DNA from: Raillietiella orientalis | Lineage: Eukaryota | NCBI GenBank assembly: GCA_036172245.1 | Contig: JAYWIR010000019.1 | Coordinates: forward strand, 2,170,001-2,234,000 | Length of the DNA: 64,000 nucleotides | Direction of reading: 5' to 3' | In this document: in pieces, positions 25,441-39,100 of the stretch | Position numbering within the stretch: the stretch's first letter is position 1 | Layout: every line of letters starts with the position of its first letter | Translations under genes and position numbers: made by a program | The notes under the pieces: model-generated | Database searches by the model: none | What the model was told of the DNA's origin: nothing | The model's input: only the letters and a program-made list of their open reading frames with translations

Positions 25441-26899
25441 AGACGTCCACCCAGCGGCACGAGTGGGTGGCAGCCCGTTAAGGGCGAGTGGCCGCGCTTT
25501 TTCCTTTCCTCAGGGCCAGCCGCCGTTCATCGGAGCGCTTCCTGCCCAAACGTCCCCGCGCCGCCTCCGCGCTGGTTCGCCCTTTCGGCGCGATCGCCGA
25601 CACGCGCTTCGCCCTTGCCTCTCCGCACCCCTTCGTCCCCCGAACGGCTTTGATTTCTGGAACGCTAAGCGCGGGGTCGGAGGCAGGGTGGGAAAGGGGG
25701 GAATGTCGTTTCCCTGGAGACCTCAGGCCTGGTGTGCCGCCCGCGCCTCCCTCCCTTCCAGCGCGATTTCCGGAGTCTCATGCAGAAGGGAGGCACGTGG
25801 CCACTCCAGCCAAATCCAGTGGACGACGAGGAGGGGAGGTAGAGCTAAGGGACAGGGACGCTCTCGGAGGTAGCGTCCCCGAAGGGGGAGAGCCCCGCGC
25901 GGCAGGGGAGAGCACTCCACTGGGAGCGCGCCACCCAGAGGGCGTGGGGTGAACTGGGCAACGAGCTGGACGGTGGGAGCGAGGAGCGTTACTGAAGCGG
26001 CCGAGAAGGAGCAGACAGGACGGCATGCTCAGTTGGCGGTGGAGGCACGCGAGCGCAAATCGGTCGCCGGGGAAACGGGGAACTGTTCCTCCGCAGCTGC
26101 GGGAGAGGGCACACAGGAAAAGAGACTTCATCCAGCGCCGAAGGGAAGAACCAGAAGGTGGGCCCGGCTACCTAAGGAAAGAAATTCTCCACCTCCAGGC
26201 GAAATTGCCTTCCGGGAGATCACAGGGGACTGGGAGACTTCGGCCCTTTTCAGAGGGCTATCCAGGTGACCAGACTGCCCAAGACGCCACTCTTGCGTTC
26301 TGACCTCGCTGTGGAGGACGGGGAGCGGAGGGTGCTTACGCATTGGTCCAAGAGCAGCACCCGAGCAGGGGGTGGAACCCCGATAGCAAAGGCTCGGTGC
26401 CTGCGGAGTTGTTGCCGCGATTTCGAACGGACCGGAGGTCTCAGAGAAGGTGACGAAAACCTTCCGACGACTCCAGAGAGGGGACTGGAACACACCACAG
26501 CCTACCCACCCCCACTCCATAAGCGCTTTGATCGTAGTCGTGGAAACATCCTCCTCGGAAGAAACGTCAATCATCCATTCGGTTTCGGAGGTCTTCGGCG
26601 AACGTGCCAGGGTCTCCTCAAGCGCATCAGGGAGAGAATTCTGAAGGGCGAACTCGCTTTCCGCCAGATGGTAATCCTCTTGCGGACTCTCTTTGCGATC
26701 TGGTAACCCTAAAAGGCTGGTGTTTCTGCAGGACTACACCCCGGCATCTCTGGAAGGCTGGTGGTTCTGGAAGACCACACCCCAGTATCTCTGGTAGACT
26801 GAGATCCGGTAACTTCAGAAAGCTGGATCTCGGTAGCTCGACCATTTTCAGAGCCGATTCAAGAGTGTCATAAAACCCACCCATGAGTGCAGGAGGAAC

Positions 26900-27880
26900 A
26901 AGATCGGTTCCTGGTGGCGTCGTTCTTCCCTCGGGACTGCAAGATTGCGCGTCCTGACCGGAAAGAGGAAGCCTCCGGGACTCCTGATTCAGAGAGGAAG
27001 CTCTTCCTGGTCCTCCTGTGTTTGCGCACCCCCGGGTGTCACGAGAACTTTAGAGCTTCGGACGCTCCCGAGCGAGTCCGACTATTTCCCTTGAGCACGC
27101 CGGCCGGCACCATGGTAACCGGGAAGCGAAAGCCGCCTCCTTCCCCGTTCCCCACTGCCATGGCTGGAGCTTCCTGAATTCTCTTCAGCTCCGTGGAAGG
27201 TCGGCGGACGCTCTCCTAGAGGCCGGCGTCCCGGGACTTATCTCTGGGAACTCCGCCTGGAAGCTGGCCGCTTCCTCGCGGAGAAATTGGGTCCCTGCGG
27301 TGAAAGGTTTGGTAAATCCTGCGCGGGACGACAACGGCGGCGGAGAACTGACCAGGATAGTCAGTTGGACCTTCCGTGCCCAACCCACCTTTTGCTGGAT
27401 GTTGGCTCTCGGGAGGCCGGGTTCCGAAGCGCGCCCCGCCGGTGGGCAGATTACTGGAAGAGGCACCTATAGAGGCAGCTAGCCTTCGCGTGACCCCAAG
27501 GGGCCCCCTCGGACCTAAGACTTTGAAGGGCTCTGGGAGGGTACCAGCCTAGGGCGCGTCTTCTGGACCGGTAGAGACACTGAGGTCTATCGAGGTCATG
27601 CCAGACCTGCGGAGTGACACGGCATGCTTCTTCCTCCAGGGACGCCTCCGACCGTCCCTGAGCAGTCCTGTCGGGCGACCCGGGCTACCGGGGCTGTCTT
27701 AGAGTCGCTCCTGCTCCCTCGAATAGGTGAAGGAGGGCTGCAGACGTCGGGTTCAGGTTGGCTTCAGGTCTCTCCTGGCCTGAAAGGAACGGGTAGCTAC
27801 CTGTGCAGCGAAGAGCTGCCCTTCCACCTTGCCCTTGCCAGGCGGGCGGAAGGTCTGAGCGACCCCTGCGGCGGCACCAT
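26900..27880 (+). mobile_element. Possible very old LINE ORF2 (endonuclease-RT linker) remnant
   Basis: GNSAWKLAASS and LLLPRIGEGG resemble AWRL and LLLPDGAPAIGEE of the 51 kb element; weak. Confidence 0.28.
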
Positions 27881-27974
27881 CATGAGGCGAAGAGGTTAAC
27901 TACTACCACTTTACTAGACCCTCTTCGCTCACTCGTTCTAGGATAGGGGCGGGGACAGGGGAGCAGAGAAGGGG

Positions 27975-28179
27975 CTAGGCGGGCTTCGGGAAGTACAGGG
28001 GCACGAGGGACGCGAACTCTTCGATCCATCCCAACATGTCGGTGGGGCACCTGGAGAAGACCTTGCGGCATTCGTTGCGGTCGACGTACTCGGCGCCCAC
28101 GGAGGCGGCGTTCGACAGCACCTGCAGCCTCGCCCTTCGTCCCTGGGGATTTCTCCCGCCCAGCATAGCGTCGACGATC
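27975..28179 (-). CDS. DM4/DM12-like B, last exon (CRKVFSRCP, stop)
   Basis: Long pyrimidine tract ...ctctgacag|G ATC GTC, 205 nt to TAG. Confidence 0.85.
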
Positions 28180-31100
28180 CTGTCAGAGGGGGAGGAGAAG
28201 AAGAGACGCTATTAAAAAGGGGGGAAGAAGGGGAAAAGAAAGGGTTTCCGCTCCCTCACCCTCTTTCGGAAAATGCGCAGGAGGCCTCAGATCGCACTGG
28301 GGAACCCCTGCCGGAAAGGGAGATGGGCTGCTGATGCCTCGGAACCCCCTGGAGAGACGAGTGAGAGCGCCCGCTCTGCAGGGTGCAATCATCCCCCGAC
28401 TTGACCCCTTTCCCTCCCTCTTCCCGAAGCACGAGTGTCCGGGAGAGAACCGTCCGCGGAGATTCCTATCCCAGAGACATCAAGCACCCTAGCGGCGAAG
28501 CTCACTCTCCCCTCCTCGATGGTACCGCGTGATACCTCTGCGCAGAGCTCATCCAGTGACCAAAGGCAAAAATGGGATTTTTTTTTTTTCTCACCAAGGC
28601 ACCCCCCAACCCCTTCCTATCCAGAAGCTCTTCGGGATTTCCACCCTCGCCCACTGCTCCTCCTCCTCCATTCCACTTAGACTGTCAAGAGACAGGGATC
28701 AACGTCAAAAGCAATGTCCAGAGAGGGAAGGGAATCACAACATCCCCGTCTCCCACTGACGTGAGCATGAGATGAGGAGACGAGAAAGAAAGGAAGGAAA
28801 GAGGGTAAGAAAGAAGAGAGGGAGGAGGCAAAGGAGGAAAGGAGGAACAGAATGAGGAATGAGAGAAAGAGGGGGAACAGGAGAAGGAATGAGAGGAAGA
28901 GGAAAGAAGGAAGAAGGGAGGTGGAGAGAAAGAGGAGGAAGGAGACGGGAAGACGGGAGGTGGAAAAGTGAGGAAGAGGAAGAAAAGAACTCTCATATCT
29001 GGGAAGATCCCAGAGAGATCGCACAACTCACAAGTAGGTTGGAGAGCAAGACGTAATATGGACCATCACTTGGATGCGGACTGCAGAACGCGCACGAGCA
29101 CGACTGACACGTGGACGAGAACCCACGGCGAGGTTTCCCGGAATTCGCACTCTCCCGAGCTCGGCGTTGCTTCGCGCGCGCGTCGCATGACGCTTCCGCT
29201 TTGCACGTGGCGTCTCTCCAGATGGAGACCGCCAAAGCAATCTCCCGGGGACGCGTCTCGGTCCTCCACGGTCTTCGCTCCCCTCCCCTGAGCGCGTCGA
29301 GGTTGACAGAGGGCGAAAGAAGACCGGGTGCGCGTCCGCTTCGGAGAGCCTCCGGCGTGCGCGCGCGGCACCCGCGCAGACCGCTGCGCGACGGACCGAA
29401 AGCAGAGCCACCGCTGCGCGCACCCACGGTCGTTGGGAGGCGAGTGCCCGCACTGGACGGTGAACACCCCCCTCCGGGTGATCCCGGGCGCCCTCGTCCT
29501 TCTGCCTGCTCTCTTGCCTGCAGTGCCTCTAACGAGCTCCCGCTTCCCTCGACGCGGCACAAGTGGGGCGCCCGGATCTCATGCTGCCCCCCGAGAGTCT
29601 GGCTCCGAGCACGGCCGGCGCGAGTAGCAGGAAATCCTCCGGGAGCGGAACGGCGGAAGGAGTGTGGACGGGTACAGCACCCTTCTGGCGGTGGAAGAAG
29701 CCCAGGTGGAGCCTCCATGGCTTCTCCGAAATCGCGGGCCATCGAGTCGCGGGTCGGACGAAGAGACCGAAGGCCGGTCAAGCCCTTCGCGGAGGACGGG
29801 AACTCCCGCGTTTCCCCCTGAGCGCTCTCGCGCCGAGAGAGTGTCTCCTGCCGGACGCGCCAGCCTACCTGATGAGCGTCAGCCAGGAAAATTCCCCCAG
29901 GTTAAAGAAACCAGAGGTCGTTATGGTCTGCAGCCTGGAATGCAGATAGTCGAAGAAACTCCTCGGCGACGTCCCGTTGCGGAGCGATGGGCGCGCCATG
30001 GAGCGCCCGTCCTCGCCGCCTCCAGGTTCCGCGAACTCTTCGTCGTACTCGATGAGCTCCGGCTGGTTTTCCCGGCGTTCCATGAACCCCACGACGTACT
30101 CGCAAAAAATCCTGTTGATGCACTTGAAGCGGTCACGCTCCATGAGGGATCCCGCCATGTCGTCTAGGCGCCGGAGGAAGGAAATGGCGCCCTCGAACCA
30201 GGGTCTGGAAAGGAACCAGTCGGGAAGGTGCACCCTGGGAAGCAGGCGCCTTCAAATGCCACCTTGAAGGGGGTATTTCCACCAAAGGGATGCCTACATC
30301 ACCCTTCCCTTCCAAACTGATAGGAGAAGATCACTTCGCGCGCCCCCTACCGCTCCATCCTCTCTTTGGCCGCCCTGCCGCCACGGGTGCACACTCGGTC
30401 CGAACGCGACAGCATCCCTCGAAGGGATGCTCGCTCCCTGTCCTCGCGGGAGCTGTGCGCATCTTCTGCAACGTCCAGAGACCGCCTACGCTCCAGGCCC
30501 TCGGGATGCGAGCGCCCCTCCTGAGGAGGGGCGCTCCTCTGCGGTCCGATGCGGAAACTCCTGGCAGCCAGGGGACGAACGAGGAGGGTCCGGATGAGAG
30601 GGTGCGGCGCTCGGGTAGTGGAAAGTGCTCTATGGCAAGAGACGATGGTTGGGGCAGAAGGCGGCGGAGGGCGACCCGGAGCAGAGCGGAAGCTGGGCGG
30701 CGGAAGGCCGAGGACATCGGACGGAATCATCGCTCTTCCGTGAAGGGAGCATCCGCGATCAGGGGAGGAGGACGTGCCTTCCCGGAAAATCAGCCGAAAG
30801 TATCCTCTCGAGCGCGAGCGATGCACTGCTTTCTCTCTCTGTCGCTGCTACTGCTACTGCTGCCTCTTTTGCTCCCATTGGTGGGCGAAGCGAAAAGGGG
30901 GGAAGGCAGTCGGAGGGGTGCCAGCGGAACCGACATGCTCGTCTCTTGGGAGGGAAGCCACGAGCAAAGAGAGGACAGCATCCTCCCCCTCATGTTGAGC
31001 AAAGCCCCAGTCATCCTCGGAGGAGGTGTGGAGTGGTCCAGGTTTTTCAGGCACATCTTGCCACAAGGGACGGAGTTGGAAGCGCGGGAAGGGTCGCCAA

Positions 31101-34100
31101 GAGGGACGGAAGGAAATCGCTCAAGGGATGCCGCCCTCCAAGGTTGATTCCGGGAGAGATCCTCGACCTGGAGAGAGCCGGCTGCTGACACAAAGTCTCC
31201 TTCACGTGGACTCGACGGACGTCAGGGAGGGAACCTTCCCTGGTAGAGGATTCTGCTCATTCGGGTCCCGGAGCCACTCATCCTCCTCCGGAACGCGTGC
31301 AGCAGATGGGAGGGTGATGTTCCCGGAATTCATCTTTCCGTAGTCTGCGTACCGGAGAGCTCGGCATCCATCGCGAAGTCACTCATTCCGCCCAGGGAGG
31401 CTCGCGGCACAAAAAGGAAATGGAAATGCCTTTTTCTCTCTCTCTCTCTTTCTCTTGAAGTTTCGAACGAGGGAGACCAACAGAGACGCTGACGGAAGAG
31501 AGCAGCCCTTCATATTTCAGGGATTCTTCTGACGCCTGCCGTACGTCACCCGTGGTGAAAAGCACGAGTCCCAGGGAAAGACCCAAAGCGCCTGAATGTC
31601 GTAGCCGTTTCTAATGCCCTTATCCCTCTCCATCCCTCAACTCTGAATTTCTTCAGCCTGTGGTGTGGTCCGCGATCCTCGGCTATGTTGCATGCGAGAC
31701 CAAGAGAACTCTGCACACGCAGCTACGGAAGAAAGCGCCGCCGCCCTCCGCTCTAATGCCCCCTCCGATCTCGCACGCTCTCCAGGAGGAGGGTGCCGTC
31801 CTGAGTTGCGATCACAATGTGACCGCATCGTCTTTGTCTTCCGGGACGCGCGGGATGAAAGAACCGCTCCTGGAGACAACAAGCGCAGCCGCACCATAGG
31901 ATGTGTCCGAACACTCTCGGAGAAGGATCAGAAAGAGTCAGAAGGGTAGGTTAGGACGGGTAGGAAAGAGGGGTCAGAAAGAATCCCTGTCCTTGAACGT
32001 CTGCTCCCTTCTCCCAGGAAAACCGTTCAGCCCTTCCATCGTGAGGGCGCTGGTTCCTGAAAGCTTGAGAAGAGAAGATCGCATCCGGTCCTGAGGATGT
32101 TCAGCGGTTAAGCATCGGCTACTGGGTTCGAACTCGGAGCTCGCGCCATTTGCAAATGAGGGGATCGCGTGGATTCCCCAGACCGGGAGGTCTCCTTTCC
32201 TCCTCAATACCGCTACTTGTCGGAGGAGCCACCAGACGGCTGCAGGTGCGCTTCAGCTCCAGCGCAGCAGCCTTGCCTTTCCACTGGGAACAATTCGACG
32301 AACTCCGCTTGTCTCTCGTGGGGCGGCTCGTTGTGGGGGTGTCGGCCCTCGTGTGGGCCGAGTGCCGCTTTTCCGTTGAGGTCCGTCCTCGTGGCACCTG
32401 CTGGAAGCAAAGCATCCGTCATCTAGGGGCACCTCCACCTTAACGCTGCGCTCGTCGGGGCAAGGTGTTCGGCCGGGAAAGGGGGGGATGGGGAGTCGAA
32501 CTGAGGAGGGAGAGAGGCGGAGGGCGAAGTCGGGACGCCAGGGGAGCTGAGCGAAAGCCGCTCTCTCCGCCGCTGGAGAATCGCACGGGGTGAGTCGGCG
32601 CCGCTGAAACGTGACCCGGATCTCCCTCCGCAAGTGCGCGACGCCATAAGAGAATCAGCGCAGCATTCCGAGAGCAAAACGGCTTTCGTGACTTATCTTA
32701 CGGTGCCACCCTGTCCTCAAAGACGCCCTGGTTCCTGGGAAGCCTGGAGTTCGCCGAACGATCTCTTCGCTGCACTTCCTGGGTGAGCTGCACGCGGAAA
32801 CGGGGGATGCGGGAGCGAAACGTGTCGCAGTCTTGAAAGTAAGGTAACGGCATGGGAGGGCCAGAGACGATCAAATCCGGAAGGGTGTGGAAAGACTGCC
32901 CCCGAAATGAGCTCCAGAAGAACTGGAGGTAAAGTCCCCGAACCCCAAGCCTGCCGCTCGTCCAGGGACGAAGGGGAATCCGCCTCCTAGGAAGACTTCC
33001 GGAAGAGGCAAGAAGATTCCTGCTCTCCTGGATATATCTTGTTTTTTTCTTGATTTCCTTTCATAACTGTTTGCTATTTTGCACGCGTAAATCTTGATAA
33101 TGTATGCGAAGGTATAGTTTTTCTGAATCTTACGTGTTTAGGGTCTTCAAAGAGTCTGCACTTCTGGGAGAATGCGCTTCCTCTGGCACATTCTCAATGT
33201 TCATTCCAATGGGGCGCATCCGGATCGCACCTACCCGGCGGGTTGCCGGAAAGCTTCGAGACAGCGTGCGACTGTCCCAAGAGTCGGTCGGTCTTGCTGC
33301 TCCCTTGTCTCAGCCTTCTGTCCCTCAGTAGGACGTGCTTGGCGCCGGATGGTCTGCCCTTTTCCAGGCTAGAGGCGGCGGCCCCAGAAGATGAGCCAAG
33401 GAATTCCTCGACGCAGGAGGGAACCGGGAGGCGGTTTTTTGGCGCTGTCAGCAGAGTCAATGGAATTCCCTCCTCCCTTGTTCTCACATGCGAGGACCAC
33501 CGCGAGAGGGAGCATGATAAGCGCAATGATGGTGCGTGCCGGATGCACGACAGGCCGAGCGAGCGGGAATTCCCGGTGGGCGCTGCGGCTAGAAGTGGCA
33601 GCGAAGGGAGTGGTCAAGGACAGCCACCAGTCGGCTCATAGAGGCACTGCGAGGTGGATCCGGACAGAGCAGTCCCCCCATCACCGATCCGTGGGTCTAC
33701 GGGTGGGCTGTCCCTTGCTTTCCTCCGCCTCGCTCCCGCGCGAAGTCCGGGACTCCAGCCTCCAGCGGAGTCCGCGCCTTCCACTTCCAGACAGGGAGCC
33801 AGGGAGACTGGCTGCTCCCTTGACGGGCCAGCGGATCACAAGCTCCGAGCTGCACCGGGAAGGGGGAATGAGAGAGGACAGCGGGTCCCGGATGTCTCCT
33901 GAAAACGGTACCTGGGTGGTTGCCGGAAACGGCGCGCCCCTGGACCGCCTGTTCCGCTGCATCTCTCGTCCGAACGTTCTCGCAGAAAGGTCAGAAGAAA
34001 TGGTCAAAAGGAAGGGACAGAAGGAATGGTCAGAAGAAATGGTCATAAAGAATGGTCAGAAGGAAAGGTCAAAAAAAGGGTCAGAAGACACGCAGACAGG

Positions 34101-36134
34101 ATGGCGCGGAGCGGTGCAGCCAGCCTTCGCGCCCTATGCACACGCTGTCCGCAGCCAAACGAGTTGTCGCGGGGAATGCAGAAGGATGCGAGACCGTGAC
34201 CACGCTGCCTCCAGCCGTCCTCAGATGGAGCTTTCTGCTCGCAGGTGGGCCACGCTCTCCCAGGAGCAGCAATGCTCCGTTTTCTTTCTCTGGGTGGCGG
34301 CTGGGAAGAGCCCATCGCGCTCGAGAGAGGGGTCTGCCCGCGCCTGTCGCCCTTGAGGGGGACACCCTGCGAAGGGCAAGCGCGTCGGCGTCTCCAGCAG
34401 CCGCGGGGCAGAAGCCGACCGCGAGGAGGAAGCCAGGACTCTTGGAAGAGAAGGGGGGAAACCGAAAACGGTTTCTGGCGAGGGCGATGCTTGGAACACG
34501 TGTCGGCATACACCCGAGTCGACCTCCGTCACTTGTTACTCTTTCGAGAGGGCGTGCGGGCGCCTCCCCATTCGCGCGCGCGCGCTCGAGGTTCGGCAGA
34601 CCGTGGCTGCACCCTGGGCAGGTTGCTCAGTGGGGTGGCATTCGAGCAAGCGTCCCAGGATCCCTCCCTCGAAAAAAAGCTCTCGAAAAAATCTTCAGAG
34701 TCGCCACCCCGCGCGTGTGCTGCTGCTGCAAGGATCTGGAGGATTTTCCAAACCCTGCTTCCCGTGGGCTCAGTGACCATCCGAAGCGCGAGAAGTCTTG
34801 CGGTTTACGGTCTACTCTCTCGCTCTCTCAAGAGGCGCCACCTCGAGGAAGCTCGGATAAGTTGCCGCGGAACCCGCGCGAGCAGGCGCGAGCGGGAGGA
34901 ACATTGCTCACCTCCCGGAACGAGCAGTCCTCCGCCATGGGAGGGGGTGAAGGCGCCGTGACTGGGACGCGAGGAGCGCATTTTGCCCTTCGGGGAAGCG
35001 ACGACCCTGCTGCTCTCCGGGAGGGCTCAGGTTGCGGCGCCGCCCTTCCTCTGGGACTCAGGACGCACTTGCCAGCTCGACCAGCCACCACATCTGGAAT
35101 ACCCGGGAAATGGCAAAAGCCTGCCCTTACCCCAGAGAGGAACGCACGTGCATATAGGGAGGATTTCAGGGGTGTTCGAAGGGCACTCCGCAGATTCAGG
35201 AGTCCTCTTTCCCCCCTCCCCCTCCCCTCGAATTTCCCTGCGCCTACACTATGAATGTGCAGCCCACATGTGTTAGGACTTGATCCACCCCGGGACGCAC
35301 ACATGGGGCGGCTAAGAGCCATCAGGGAGGGGCAGCGAGCACCTGCCAAAACAGGTGTTTCCTGGAAGCTGCCGGTGGGCTATGCCCCTGGAGACGGCGA
35401 CGCCAGAGTGAACCTGCTCCTCACAGAGCGGACTACACAGTCGTCTAACTCTTCCTCCTGTCCCTTCCTTCTGATCCTTCTTTTTAACATTTCTTCGGAC
35501 CCCTTCCTCTAACCCGTTCTTCTGAGCAGCAGGGGTGCAGCACAGATTGCCTAGGCCCCACGATCTGAACGATCCCGTGATCGGCCACAGACTCTTCCAT
35601 CGGGTGACATCTGCTTTCTCGATCGCGCGCCTGGCATTCCCGGAGGATGCCTGTGGAGGGGGGAGTCTGCGCGAAACCCCGCGCCGGCCGATGATGCTAG
35701 GCTGCCCTTTCCACCTTCACCTTCGCAGGGTTATCAGCGTCCACAGTTCTTCATCTGGAAATCTTCCTTTCCTCCGGAGCGTCAGCGGCGTGGAGCGCGC
35801 AAGAGACGAGTCTGGGAGCCAAAAGGTTCCCGTCCGCAAAGGGAACGAGGAGGCCCTCACAGATGCACGCGCTCTGCCAACCCTCATGAGACCCGAGGTT
35901 CCCCATTCGCGATGGGATGCCGACCTCTTCTGTCCTCATCTGCATTCTCCTTCCGGCGCGTTCCCGCGTCGGTTCCGGGAAAATCCGCACCCGATCTTTC
36001 ACTTTCCCACAGGATCCAGGAGCGTTCCGTATTTCGAACGTCCTCCAGACTTTTGCGCAGCAAGACCCACGATTTGTGGCGCAGACTATGAAGATCCTCA
36101 CAGCATCCGCGTGCGTGCACACACAGAGTCTCAT

Positions 36135-36168
<34 letters not shown>

Positions 36169-39100
36169 TGCGACCATCCATCTCTCCTATGTGGGAGTTC
36201 AGCCCTGGCATTCAGCCTGTCTGCATGACGGCTTTTCTTTTTTTTTCTTTTTCTCTTCTTCTTTCCAAAATGGAGCGCGAGACGGTGCCATTTTGAAAAA
36301 GAAGGAGAGGAGTAGGAGAAAAGGAGCCGAGCAGCGGCCACTTTTCCGAAAGATTTCACCCGGAACTGGCAGTCTGAGACCAGCATCGTTTCTGTCTTGG
36401 AGTCATCGCCACGATCCTTCCGGAACGAGCTGCCTTTTGGTCCAGATCTCCTGATGCTGGGCTTCCCACATTCCTCTCGCCGACCGGCGGCAGCAGGAGC
36501 GGATTCTTTTTTTTCCTGGCAGCAACGGCAAGCAGATCGCCCGCCGGAAGTCAAGCGCGCTCATGAAGGCGCAGATGCTCTTTCTTTTGCGCAGATCCAC
36601 TGCTCTCAACTCTCGGAGCACCGCGCTTTTCTCATCTACCTGGATCTCTCGGTGACCTTCCGTGGAAACACACACCGCTCCTTTCCTTGGTTGCTGAAGA
36701 GTCGCGCCCCTCCTTGAAAGGGGGCTCATGAAGCTCTTCAGCTTTGCTCCACGCTACCCGTGGACACGTACGACTCTCCAGGTATAGAGAGTGGCCCAGA
36801 AGGGGCCGCCTTATGAATCCAGGAAGGCTGCGGAGGAAGCAGTCATTCCTCTTACGGCTGGTAAAGAACTCCGAAGGGAACCTCTTCTTTGCCCTCTCCG
36901 GAAGGGTCCTCCAGAAGGTGCTGTCCCTCACTTCTTCAGAGGGAACCCGGAAAGGACCGCGCTTGGAATTTCTTCCCCGGATGTCACCCTCAAGGGAACC
37001 GCTCCCTGTTTCCTCCTCTGAAGAGAACTTCGAAGGGACGCTTCCCCATTTCTCCAAAGGGCCGCTCCCGAAGGGAGCAGAGCACTTCTTTACACTCTGG
37101 AGAGGTATCGATCCACCACCTCCACTTGCACAACCGGAGGGAAACCCCTAAGATGGGTTCTTGTTTCCTGGAAGGACCCCGGAGGGTCGGCTTCCAATCT
37201 GGGACAGTCAACGGGGGTATCTGGTGTCCATAATTGTTTCACCCGAAGCCAACCGAGGTCAACCAGCGTCGTCCTTCGGGGTAAGGAGACTCGAAATCCA
37301 CGACGCGCACCCCCTGTTTTCAGCGTCGATCCTCACCTGGGTGGATTTGAACCAGCGACGCGACACCCAGTGTCTTGTGCGGAGGCTGCAGCAGAACTGC
37401 CCCCAGCGCGGGCTCTGACCACTCCCTGGTGTGCCAGTAAAGCCCCGGAGCGAGGGACTCCGGGAGACCTCGGACTCTCAGGTGTTTCGGTCTCCTGCTC
37501 CCGAGTCTCAGGACTTGGAGATGTGACGGTACTGTTGCCAAGCGCAACCAGATTGTCCAGGAAGCAGGCAGGCAGCAAGAGCCCTCGGATCCACCCAAAG
37601 ACAGACGTCCCCTCAGGATAGGAGCGGCGGGCTGCTCTTCTACCCCTGTGCTCGCGACGGGGAAGAACCCGTCCTTCCCCCGCTTCTCTCAGGGTCACAG
37701 AGAAGACCCCGGGGTGGTTGTTGCAGCTGAACTTCCTTCCTCCTCCCCATTTCCCCCGGGCGTCGAGACTGCGGCAAGGAGCTGCCCCTCTTTCTCCGGA
37801 AAGGGGAAAAAGACCCGCTTTCCTGCTGTTCGCGACCAGCGGACACGCCGGAGCATGTGGTTGTCCCTGGTACCAGAGCTCCAGAGGTTGCCGGGAATGC
37901 CACCGATGTCTGGCGTAACGGGGTCGCTTCCTAAAGCACCGTTGCGGGACAACGGACGAAGAAATCGATCGATGACCGAAGGAGATGTCTGGAATTCCCG
38001 ATCAGGCAGGCTACCGGCGGGAGGGCAGCGTCCGTTCGGAATAGACGATAAGGGAAGAGGACGACGAGCCAAAGCAATCCCTCGATCTGGATGTACGTGG
38101 GCTGCTCGATCCGTATCTATGGCGATAGCGGGGTGAAAACCCCGAGCATCCAAAGCGGAGATGTGAGCAATGCACTTGGGTCGCAGAGTGACCCGGACTC
38201 TGCGGTCGTGGAGGAGTTGGGTGAAGAAAGAGGACGGAAGAGCATCTCCCGGGACTTTCTTTTCAGGAAGGAAGCCGGCAGTTCGATCCCCCACTGGGAG
38301 CCACCACCACGCTTATAGCGCCCACTGGGAGCCACTGCTGAAGGAGAGGGGGGGATGGGGTTCAGGGGATAATCACAAGAAATCAGGAAAGGGGGAGGGG
38401 CGTGGAAGGTGGACTCAGACAGTAAACGAGATGTAGATGGGCACCCGAGGTAAGCACAGGAGATAAACTCAGGATTGGGTTCAGAAGGTGGGCGTAGAAA
38501 GTGGGCTCAGGTAATGAGCAAGTTGTAGAGGGGCACAGAAGTGGGAACAGGAGGCGGACACAGGACATGGGAGCAAAAGGTGAACGTGGAAGCTGGGTGC
38601 GGATCGGCGAGAGAGGTGTAAATGGGCGCAGAAAGTAGGCGCAAGAGGTATGCGCAGGAAAGAGGTCCCTTCGCCCTGCCGATGGGCGATTCCTTCCCGA
38701 GGAAAAAGAATGGCGCACGCGGCTAGATGGGGCCTGCCTCCGGATGGAGCGAAGGCGCCAGGCGTTGTGCTCTCTCTCGGCCCGTAAGTTGGCCCGCACA
38801 CACTCCTGTGCGAGTTTCGAGGGGCGTGACGGGAGGAGGAGGGTTCGGTGGGGAGCAATCGGCGCTGCGCCCTTCTCTCCTCGCTGGGTGGGCGAGCCTG
38901 TCCGAGACAAGCCGGGATACGGAGCAGGGAGCGACCGGCAATATCCAAGACGACAACGCGCGCCTGCGCTCCGCAGCGTCATCGGGAACTGACGGGAGGC
39001 TGCGCGCGAGAGAGGATGCCATCCCGAGGATGCAGAAGGATGGGCGTCGGAGACTCCCTGCTCCTTGGGGTGAGGGGACAGCGCTGCTGACCCTTAGGAG

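Noticed and set aside
30821..30900. + strand signal-peptide-like stretch MHCFLSLSLLLLLLPLLLPLVG
   Set aside because: It arises from CT/CTG microsatellite sequence antisense in gene B's intron, with no downstream exon support.
33988..34088. CRISPR array or other prokaryotic system
   Set aside because: Tandem 13-bp units without unique spacers, no cas genes, and the window is clearly spliceosomal eukaryotic DNA.
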